DNA of 64,000 nucleotides from Veleropilina oligotropha (Eukaryota): NCBI GenBank assembly GCA_048128005.1, contig JBEUKZ010000016.1, positions 434,001 to 498,000 of the forward strand, read 5' to 3'. Shown piece by piece: positions 23,808 to 31,645 of this stretch (position 1 is its first letter; each line of letters starts with the position of its first letter). The notes under the pieces were generated by a model. It saw only the letters and a program-made list of their open reading frames with translations, ran no database searches and was not told where the DNA came from. The position numbers and the translations under genes were made by a program.

Positions 23808-24407
23808 CTACAGCACACTATAAGCAACGGGCTGATCAGTTTTCAACAGAAGCTTAGCGTGTCGTGTCTCGGTCAACAGCCTGCGAACCGTGGTCCGTTC
23901 ATCCTGCGACGGGATTACATCGTTCTCGCGCAGACAGTCCTCGAAACTGTCGCGGTCCTTGCAATGGAACAGCGCGACCCAGCGGGTCTGCTCTCTGAGC
24001 TCCTTCAAGACCGAGTTGTACTTTTGCGTCACTACCCATACGCTCTGGGAAGCATGCCTGCCGCTGAAGGCCAACAAAGTCAGCATGTCCCGTTTCTTTG
24101 CCATAGCCTTGCTGGCGGCGCAGTCGTCGATTATGTACAGAGTTGATTCCCCCTGAAACAGTCGGTAGAACCCCCGCAGCCAGTCATGGAGTCGCTCACC
24201 CGGGGGGACTAAATACACCTCAGGGTCGGTCCAGATCCACGGACAAGACTGGTATGCTTTGTTGAACTTGATCGTGGGGCAGAGGATCACGATATGCCGG
24301 AAGACGCCTCGATACTCCCCTTCCAGCAGTTCAAGCATGAAAACCGTCTTCCCACAACCGGTCTGGCCGCAGATGATTGCGGAGTGGGGGTCCTTGGTGT
24401 GCGGAAA
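23808..24407 (-). CDS. A32/FtsK-HerA-type genome packaging ATPase (start codon out of frame; see findings)
   Basis: Frame is open from 24407: FPHTKDPHSAIICGQTGCGKT (Walker A), YIIDD (Walker B), SGRH and VVTQ motifs. Confidence 0.9.
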   Translation of the reverse strand, partial: FPHTKDPHSAIICGQTGCGKTVFMLELLEGEYRGVFRHIVILCPTIKFNKAYQSCPWIWTDPEVYLVPPGERLHDWLRGFYRLFQGESTLYIIDDCAASKAMAKKRDMLTLLAFSGRHASQSVWVVTQKYNSVLKELREQTRWVALFHCKDRDSFEDCLRENDVIPSQDERTTVRRLLTETRHAKLLLKTDQPVAYSVL

Positions 24408-24411
24408 TCAT

Positions 24412-25713
24412 TTAGTACAGTGCTTCGACGAATCGGCCATTCTCGATATTCAGCTGTGCGTCCATGATCACGAACTCGTAGACGTTCAGTGGGCCGGCCG
24501 CTTCGGCTGTTTTAGTGATCTGAATAGTAATGCCTTCGCTGGCGTTCTCGACCCTCCGGCCTGACCCGTGCAACTGATCGTCGTCAGTTACCCGCATATC
24601 GATCCAGAGCGCAAATTTCTTAGTCAGAAATTCGCCCAGGGTGACGGCTGCCATCTCCAAGTCCTTTGCGACCATCGCGACCTCAGGATGCCGCTTGCTG
24701 CAGCCGGAGGCGAACATTTTCTTGGCTTCTTCCCAGATCTGGTATGTTCGCATGCCCTGGCTGTAGATTTGATTCGGGACACCCTCGATTGTGACCTCGA
24801 CCTTTGTGATCTTCGGATTATAGAAGGCCTCAGTATCGCGAGAGAATGGCGCGGCGTCTCTCGCAGGGTCCTCGAACAACAGTAGTATTCCTTTCATCGA
24901 CCTCGCCGGTACGTTCACATTCATATTCCACAACGAGTCGCTCTTGTCTAGGGTGAGCTTCCGATGCCGGAGAACACGGTCGTACAGGATTACGAGTTGA
25001 CCCTGGTATTGATTTCGAATCCGTCTGGCAAGCTCGGATTGGGTTACCATGTCATATTCGAGGGATATATTGTCGATGGAATAGCTGGAACCGGAGTCGT
25101 CCGTCTCCCGGATAGTCCGGGAGTAGTCGTTGAACGTTAGCTCATACTCGAGACGGTCTCCAAGGGCGCTTTGATAGAATGGCATGTGACTTTCCAACAG
25201 CTCGAAATCCAGCGGGATGCGGAATCGGTTACCGTACGCGGCCGCGACCGCGACATCCTCAGACAGTCTGAAGGCGTCTGCCGCACCAACACGATGCTTC
25301 GTAGTGTTGTGCCCATCGCTGGTATCAATCCCCTGGTACTGGGCGTTCTTGCGCTCCCCGGTGGTCTTCCAGAGATCGCGGTAGCAGTGGTACACGTCGG
25401 AGTCGTCAATCGACATGATCTCGTTTCCACTTATCTTTATCGTGGTCTTTCTGATCACGGCACGGCCGATATTTTGCACTACAGTCCTATTCGCATTTAC
25501 CGAGGTCAGTGAGATGGTAAATGCAAGGTGGGCAGTCCCTGGAACGATCACGTCATTCGCCCCGAGATTAGGGAACCGAACCAGGAGCTGCTGGTTCGGG
25601 GCAATCGTTGATGGATTGTTTGTAATCGTGACCGACTGGCGGATGCCCTTGACTGCGAGGGGCTCACGCAGCCTGCGGTATGGATTAAGCTTGCGTCCGT
25701 ATACGCTAGTCAT
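24412..25713 (-). CDS. Putative major capsid protein (double jelly-roll), ~433 aa
   Basis: Size, beta-strand-type alternation, position next to the ATPase, and resemblance to capsid-like ORFs of invertebrate Polinton-like elements. Fold is inferred, not computed. Confidence 0.75.
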   Translation of the reverse strand: MTSVYGRKLNPYRRLREPLAVKGIRQSVTITNNPSTIAPNQQLLVRFPNLGANDVIVPGTAHLAFTISLTSVNANRTVVQNIGRAVIRKTTIKISGNEIMSIDDSDVYHCYRDLWKTTGERKNAQYQGIDTSDGHNTTKHRVGAADAFRLSEDVAVAAAYGNRFRIPLDFELLESHMPFYQSALGDRLEYELTFNDYSRTIRETDDSGSSYSIDNISLEYDMVTQSELARRIRNQYQGQLVILYDRVLRHRKLTLDKSDSLWNMNVNVPARSMKGILLLFEDPARDAAPFSRDTEAFYNPKITKVEVTIEGVPNQIYSQGMRTYQIWEEAKKMFASGCSKRHPEVAMVAKDLEMAAVTLGEFLTKKFALWIDMRVTDDDQLHGSGRRVENASEGITIQITKTAEAAGPLNVYEFVIMDAQLNIENGRFVEALY

Positions 25714-25749
25714 GGCTGAATTAGATGCGTATCCCACTGATGTATTCAA

Positions 25750-27060
25750 ATGGCGGAATTCGATAACCCCGCATTCGAGCCGGACGATCTCATCGACAAC
25801 GATGATACCATCATCGACGATACTGATGTGGATCTATCCACCGACCGGTTTATGCCTGTTCTTTCGGAACGGCCACAGGAAGGAACCAGCAGTCTTCAGC
25901 AAGAGCTCGTTCAGGGCGTGGTTGACGACTACTACAAAGCCCTGGCACAGGAGGGGCAGACCCCAGCCGCAGGGCGAGATTATTCAAAATTCAAGTATGT
26001 GAGGGGAAAATTAGGGAGGGGGGGAAAATTGGTGATGACGGACTACCCCGACATCAATCTCATAAATTCTCGCACCGGCAACCCCTTGGCGTTATCAACA
26101 ATAGCTGGCCGGCCTGGTGGGGGTGATGCCATCCGAGATCTGGGTTTTGTAAACTGGAAGCGGGGACGACAAAAGCCGTCCTCAAAAGCGGTTGCAGCTC
26201 TTCAGACAGCCGACAACGAGTTGAGCGGTGCGGCCGCTAATGTCGAAAACATAGAACTGCGGGACTTGGGGCAGACTGCTACTGATGCCTCGGTAGCAAT
26301 CCACACGATGGAGACGAAATTCACTGATGCCGAGGTTGAAGAGATCTTAGGCACAATGGGGGACCCTCCATTAAATCTTCGCGAGCTTCGCGGACTTGAC
26401 AAGGCGATGCAGACCATCCGAGGCGAACTAACCAACAATCTAGCCAAACTAACGGCGCTGGACGAACACATAGAGCTGGAGAAGATGAAGCTCGATCAGG
26501 CAGATGAAGAGGGCGGTGTGGATGAGTTCATCCGTCGACGGATCGCGGAACGTCTGCGCGACCTGAATGATGAAAGAGCAGCTCGCCTAGAGGCAGCATC
26601 ATCAAGCCGGGAGGCCCTTCGCTCTCAAATAAGCCGGATCCGAGAGATGATAAGTCGGATCCTGAACACCGACACAACGCTGGCCGAGCGTATCCGGACC
26701 CTGTTCCGCGAGCAAGGGGTCACGATCGCAACAATACTGACTGCTATCGGGCTCGCCATCTCGACTTTGGTACTAGCCCTGACAGGCGGAGCAACAAGCC
26801 CGCCAACGCCACCACCACCTCCCAGTGGTCAGGGCGGGGTCAAGGAGTGGGTAAAAAAGCAGCTGAAGACCCTGGGTCGGATTCTAGGCAAACTAGCAGG
26901 GAAGGCCGCAGCCGCGCTCCCAGGAATACTTGGAAGCCTGGTCTCCTGGCTAATCAACCTGATTGGCAAGACAGCATCGTGGCTCGCTGAAAACCTATGG
27001 GCACTGGTCATATCAGTTGGGGGCTTGCTTCTTATTGCCGCTAGACAGTGGGTCACGTAA
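25750..27060 (+). CDS. Viral coiled-coil protein with C-terminal hydrophobic/TM segments, 436 aa
   Basis: Acidic N-terminus, long helical heptad region, IATILTAIGLAISTLVLAL, Pro linker, amphipathic helix and LWALVISVGGLLLIAA. Confidence 0.85.
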   Translation: MAEFDNPAFEPDDLIDNDDTIIDDTDVDLSTDRFMPVLSERPQEGTSSLQQELVQGVVDDYYKALAQEGQTPAAGRDYSKFKYVRGKLGRGGKLVMTDYPDINLINSRTGNPLALSTIAGRPGGGDAIRDLGFVNWKRGRQKPSSKAVAALQTADNELSGAAANVENIELRDLGQTATDASVAIHTMETKFTDAEVEEILGTMGDPPLNLRELRGLDKAMQTIRGELTNNLAKLTALDEHIELEKMKLDQADEEGGVDEFIRRRIAERLRDLNDERAARLEAASSSREALRSQISRIREMISRILNTDTTLAERIRTLFREQGVTIATILTAIGLAISTLVLALTGGATSPPTPPPPPSGQGGVKEWVKKQLKTLGRILGKLAGKAAAALPGILGSLVSWLINLIGKTASWLAENLWALVISVGGLLLIAARQWVT

Positions 27061-28333
27061 GCCAAATAAACGCTAGACCAACGACAATGCCGCCCACGAT
27101 AAGTGCGGTTTTCTCCTCGTCATGTGCCGCTGGAACAGCCGCCGCTGGGGCCACAGCTGGCAGAGAGCTTGGATGCTTCGGAGTAACTACCGGTATGCTT
27201 GCATCTGAGTCTTGTGGAATAACCAGTCCTGTTTCTCCAGTATCCCCAGTGGCGTTGGGCGGCACACTGGCCGCGTTCACCGTAGTATTAAGACCGAGTG
27301 TCTGGTCTTCCGTGGCGACGACGATCTCATTGTTATAACCAGCCACCTGCCCGATCCGTAGAAGCATGTTACTTGGCGCCATGTACAGGCCAACGCCGAA
27401 TACGAAGTCCACTTTGGACCTCGCATACTGGAGCACCTCTTGGTACCGTTTGATGGCTGCTGGGAGGTCAACGGGGGATGCGATGGCGTCTTCCACGTTC
27501 GCCAGGAACTGTTTCTGTGCGTCAAATGCCGTCCCACTACCCAGAATACTTGCACGCGTTTGAGCCTGCGCTCCAAGAATAGCCCAGACGTAGGTCCTGA
27601 TGGAATCATTGAGCCTTTCCACGCCGGCCCTCGTGAATCCCACCGACCTGTCCAGAATAAAAGTAGCCCAACCGTTTTTAAGTGCAGGCGCTTGCGCGAT
27701 GTAGTCCACGTGCAGATTCGTGTTGGTCGTACCTTTGGTGAAGGACATTCGGCTTGGATCATAGTCACGTCCGATGGGGTGGTAGCCGTTGTTCGTCCAG
27801 TAGCTGTAAGCGGTGCCTAGTCCGCCGTTGGGACCCTTGACACGCCAGTCGGTATGGGGAGACACCCCAAATTCGCTGCAGATCTTCTCATATGCCCTGC
27901 GGTCATACGGGTTGTCGAATGCATCCCACGTCCGGTCCTGTGGCAGCGGCGCCTGAATTTCGGATAAGATTCGTCTGACCTGATAGTAGACGTGGAAGGT
28001 GAATACAGCAGTGGAGAGGGGGTCGGTCGCATTTAAGTGGTCTTCTGAGGAGATTCCGGAACCTGTTGTGGCACACCAAACTGCGAAATTGACCTTGTTC
28101 TGCCAGAACCTCATCGGCGTGCTGTTCCAATCCCTTATCAGCCCGTCACTAGCGACATGAGGGAGGCGGTATTTCTGAAAGACGTCAGGGTATGTTGCCC
28201 CGAATGTAGTGGTTGAGCTATTACCCACATTGATGCTTGGTCTCGTAAGCTGCTCATCTTTGATCTTTGCTGGGTACACCACACCGGTCGGATAGGCCGC
28301 ACTCCTATTAAACGCAAAGGCGCTCTTAGCCAT
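27053..28333 (-). CDS. Viral protein with C-terminal TM anchor, 426 aa, function unknown
   Basis: Aromatic-rich globular region, Pro/Ala/Thr stalk, terminal ALIVGGIVVGLAFIWLT. Confidence 0.85.
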   Translation of the reverse strand: MAKSAFAFNRSAAYPTGVVYPAKIKDEQLTRPSINVGNSSTTTFGATYPDVFQKYRLPHVASDGLIRDWNSTPMRFWQNKVNFAVWCATTGSGISSEDHLNATDPLSTAVFTFHVYYQVRRILSEIQAPLPQDRTWDAFDNPYDRRAYEKICSEFGVSPHTDWRVKGPNGGLGTAYSYWTNNGYHPIGRDYDPSRMSFTKGTTNTNLHVDYIAQAPALKNGWATFILDRSVGFTRAGVERLNDSIRTYVWAILGAQAQTRASILGSGTAFDAQKQFLANVEDAIASPVDLPAAIKRYQEVLQYARSKVDFVFGVGLYMAPSNMLLRIGQVAGYNNEIVVATEDQTLGLNTTVNAASVPPNATGDTGETGLVIPQDSDASIPVVTPKHPSSLPAVAPAAAVPAAHDEEKTALIVGGIVVGLAFIWLT

Positions 28334-28340
28334 AGCTACT

Positions 28341-29081
28341 ATGTTTCACACATTAACAAACGTTCAAGAGGGGACCGCGGTTGCCCTCCTGGAGCCGATT
28401 GATAACCGGGACGGCAAGCTATGTGTCAGCTTGCAGTCGCTCGACTATTGGGTAGGCTGGCACAATGTGCATGCCGGAGCCTTCTTTAAGACCCCGGATA
28501 CCACGGTCGACGTGGCACCAGGTTTCTACAGCTTCGATGACCTCGCCAAGACGATGAAGAGGTCGCTAGTTAACATACAGCTAGATGTAAGCCATGCTAC
28601 AGGGCTCGCCCGAATCGTGGTCCCAGAGGGGACTCGACTCGCGATAAGCGACGATATACGAAAACTCCTCGGCTTAAACCTGTCTTCGTTTATTCTCGAT
28701 AAAGCAGGGAATCTGAACCCACCGGTTCGGGGAGTACAGGGCCAACCACCTCCCCCTCCGGAGAGATCCGAGTGGCTACGCCCTGGGACTTATGACGGGA
28801 ATAAGCCTGTCGGGTTTGCCATAGCGCCAACCCTGCACGTTCACCTGGAGCAGCTTAGTACAACGCACAATGTGCAGGACGGCGCCCCGAGCACTATTCT
28901 CGCGGTGGTCCCTATCACGTCGCAGATGTTCGGTGAAGCTGGCCACTATCATAGCTATCCCGCCGGCCGGCGACTACAGGCCGGGCTAATCACAGAGTTG
29001 AAGGTTTACATCACAGACTCAGATGGTAACCCGATCGAGAATCACGGCATGCCCATTACCGCAGTCCTTGCGATACAATGA
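28341..29081 (+). CDS. Putative minor capsid (penton, single jelly-roll) protein, 246 aa
   Basis: VAPGFYSFDDL and C-terminal ITELKVYITDSDGNPIENHGMPITAVLAI match the pattern typical of Polinton minor capsid proteins. Confidence 0.75.
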   Translation: MFHTLTNVQEGTAVALLEPIDNRDGKLCVSLQSLDYWVGWHNVHAGAFFKTPDTTVDVAPGFYSFDDLAKTMKRSLVNIQLDVSHATGLARIVVPEGTRLAISDDIRKLLGLNLSSFILDKAGNLNPPVRGVQGQPPPPPERSEWLRPGTYDGNKPVGFAIAPTLHVHLEQLSTTHNVQDGAPSTILAVVPITSQMFGEAGHYHSYPAGRRLQAGLITELKVYITDSDGNPIENHGMPITAVLAIQ

Positions 29082-29440
29082 GCAGCATCTACGGGACCCT
29101 CCCCCTACCCCTGCTTGCAGATGAGCCCTCTTCCCCCCCGACCCGGTGGCACTTTGTCCTTAATTGTGGGGTAGCGCCCAATAAGGGGCTGGCGAGAAGG
29201 GAGTTCATGTTTCCAAACACTAGAGGTCGGTTCGGGTTGAACCCAGCCCTTCTAATGATCCACCTGACGCCGGTCCAGCCGGCCGGGGGCCCCAAGGCAT
29301 GTTCCATAAGTAAACTCAGCCTGGATTCGGATAAGTTAACCCTCGCCTTTGTCGTCAAGGCCCCGTGGGTCGGCACTCTGTATTTGAACGTTACAGTAGA
29401 CATTTTAAACAAACAGGCGGAACAATACAGCCACGTATGA
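29078..29440 (+). CDS. Hypothetical beta-rich viral protein, 120 aa
   Basis: ATGA overlaps with both neighbouring ORFs. Confidence 0.7.
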   Translation: MSSIYGTLPLPLLADEPSSPPTRWHFVLNCGVAPNKGLARREFMFPNTRGRFGLNPALLMIHLTPVQPAGGPKACSISKLSLDSDKLTLAFVVKAPWVGTLYLNVTVDILNKQAEQYSHV

Positions 29441-30072
29441 TGGACAACAAACCCTCAGCGCCAACGCTGTACCCACAGCTTGGTGGCGATGTGCCTTCGG
29501 AACTGCATGAGGCACAGTCTTTCCGACTACAGAAAGTGAATGAGCTTCAGGGACAATTAGAACGAGAGAGGGACACACGGGCTGCATTATATAAAAAGTA
29601 CCGACGAGGTGTTAACGTCGTTGACGGGATAGATAACGGGCTAGTCGTCGCCACACTTGGTATGGGTAGCGCTGGAATTGGTCTACTGTCCACAATTGTA
29701 GCCGCCCCGGTCGTCCTAGTGCTGGAACTAGCGGCATTAGGGTGTGGGCTCGCTAGTATGGGTGGAAAGTATATCAGCCGGCGCCTCGGGGTGAAGGCTA
29801 AGAAACACGACGAGATTCGAGTCCTGGCCGACAGCAAGCTGAATACCATAACCGACCACGTCTCAAAGGCCTTATCAGACGGGGTGATGTCTGATGATGA
29901 ATTCCAACTGGTCACAGGGGAGATGGAAAAATACAAAGCCATGAAGGCATCAATCCGGGATAAGAGTAGGAAGGCGCACACCGCGATTTCACAGACCCAG
30001 AGCGAGCTTATTGAGCGTGGTCGTTTAGAGGGTCGTGCAGAGCTGCTGAAAAAAATCGGAGCTGGCGACTAA
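29437..30072 (+). CDS. Viral helical protein with a central hydrophobic hairpin (possible membrane-active protein), ~211 aa
   Basis: Coiled coils flank LVVATLGMGSAGIGLLSTIVAAPVVLVLELAALGCGLASMGG. Confidence 0.8.
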   Translation: MMDNKPSAPTLYPQLGGDVPSELHEAQSFRLQKVNELQGQLERERDTRAALYKKYRRGVNVVDGIDNGLVVATLGMGSAGIGLLSTIVAAPVVLVLELAALGCGLASMGGKYISRRLGVKAKKHDEIRVLADSKLNTITDHVSKALSDGVMSDDEFQLVTGEMEKYKAMKASIRDKSRKAHTAISQTQSELIERGRLEGRAELLKKIGAGD

Positions 30073-30154
30073 CTATCCAGGTTGAGCGTAGCCACGACTA
30101 CCCCGCTCCTCCTCCGTATTAAAGCTAGAAATCGACAGTGATATCTGGACAACC

Positions 30155-30571
30155 ATGAAATCCATGAAATCTATGCTACTGTGCATTGTCGCGGTGTGCT
30201 TTGCCGCCTGGGGTACCACCCAGGCGTCGTCGCGTGACACTGCATTAATTCTCGAACACACGTGGGCTAGGTACCGCAACGACCCCCTGTATAACCCCCG
30301 ATTCGATCACTTGCGAAGAAACTTGCTACGAGACCCACCTCCAGTGCGGGCACCGTCATGTCACTATTTCATTACCGATGGAGAGAACGATTGTGGCCCA
30401 GATCCTAATATCGTTGTGTGTATTGAGTGCGCTGAGCCGTCCTTATGTCACGGTAAACGTGGGCATTATTTCTCCATGTTATCTACGGTCTGCTTCGGTA
30501 TGTGGAGAAAAGTCGGACATATCTCACCCTGTAATTGTACTTTAATATCGGGCAACTATATATTCATATAA
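30155..30571 (+). CDS. Putative secreted Cys-rich viral protein, 138 aa
   Basis: Signal-peptide-like MKSMLLCIVAVCFAAWGTTQA; seven Cys in the C-terminal half. Confidence 0.55.
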   Translation: MKSMKSMLLCIVAVCFAAWGTTQASSRDTALILEHTWARYRNDPLYNPRFDHLRRNLLRDPPPVRAPSCHYFITDGENDCGPDPNIVVCIECAEPSLCHGKRGHYFSMLSTVCFGMWRKVGHISPCNCTLISGNYIFI

Positions 30572-31437
30572 ACCAGCTGATTAGGAAATCTCTTGCCTTA
30601 CAATATGTCACAGCTGTTTATATAAATATTTTCCAGGTCGAAGAGAGCGACCTTTGTCCGATTTATGAATGAAATACCTCGCATCAATAAGTTACTAGTC
30701 GAACCTGGTCACGTGTAGTATTAATACAGCCTGCCGGCTGTCCATTGTTGACTATCCAGTACAGCCTCAATTACTTAAAATCATGAAACAATAGACGCCT
30801 AGTGGATTTCTCAGTGGGTAAATATAAACGCTTGGCCTATCAAGCCATGTCTTTACAAATATTTGGTCGCGCCTACGGTTCCATTGTTCTCTCCCTGCTA
30901 TCAGGCTGGCTGACCTAGATTTTGTCTAACGCATTAGCAAAGAAGTCGCAAGCTGTCGTATAGGTATTTAGCTGTTGGCGAAAAAGAAAAACAACCTACT
31001 GGCATAGATATAAAAATTTTCTGGGCCAGTCAAGAAAGATTGACCCAGATTTCTTTTTCTTGTAACCGTGCTCCTGTTTAGCACAGATAAAATTTTCTCG
31101 TAACCTTGTTTATGTAGTTACCGTATTTTGGTCGAGTCATTCGTCACGTGGCAATACAGCCTTCTAGATCATTCTAGAATAGACTCGATGATTCTAGAAT
31201 AGACACCAAGATATCAAGCCCGAATATCACAGAGCCTGTCCGCCGACAGTCTAGACAGTTCTCGACACGGATACAAACATACACCAGGGCCCGGCCGGGG
31301 TAGTGGACTGTCTGTACACACGGTAAGTTTTTGTAATACAAGCCCTACCCTGGGGTCTGGGAGCCTTAATTTCCCTCGCCGCGCCCCTAGTCTAACTCCC
31401 TAGCCCTCCACAGTAATACCAGCTCAGTTCTAAACAG

Positions 31438-31588
31438 GTGCTGGGCGCTGTATTTTCCCATTCTAAAAAGTCCAATCACCCCCCCTGCTGCTGAGTTGAG
31501 ATCCATATTAATTCTGAAAAAGTGCTGGGAGCCTTAATTTCCCTCGCCGCGCCCCCAGATAAAAGGTATGGTCACCCCCCCTGCTGCT
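31438..31588 (-). repeat. Right terminal inverted repeat (151 bp; degenerate similarity extends inward to ~31290)
   Basis: Reverse complement of 3664-3815; followed by TSD TCAAG. Confidence 0.97.
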
Positions 31589-31645
31589 TCAAGTCAGATT
31601 AGAATTTTACACTGTAGAGCGCACGCAAGAAATTTATTATGGTGA

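Larger units (their letters stand above)
3664..31588. mobile_element. Endogenous Polinton/Maverick-like dsDNA virus (integrated provirus), ~15.8 kb without the nested CACTA element
   Basis: TIRs 5'-AGCAGCAG...CTGCTGCT-3'; TSD TCAAG at 3659-3663 and 31589-31593; integrase, packaging ATPase, capsid-like genes and a PolB-like gene; intronless, densely packed, GC-richer than flanks. Confidence 0.95.

Noticed and set aside
21612..30571. Adenain/Ulp1-like maturation protease among the viral ORFs
   Set aside because: No ORF shows the His...Asp/Glu...Gln-x-Cys-Gly pattern; absence judged by eye and needs a profile search.
3664..31588. Bacterial prophage or contaminant contig
   Set aside because: Retroviral-type integrase, AG...CT TIRs, a TSD within a host repeat and a nested eukaryotic transposon show genuine integration in the animal genome.
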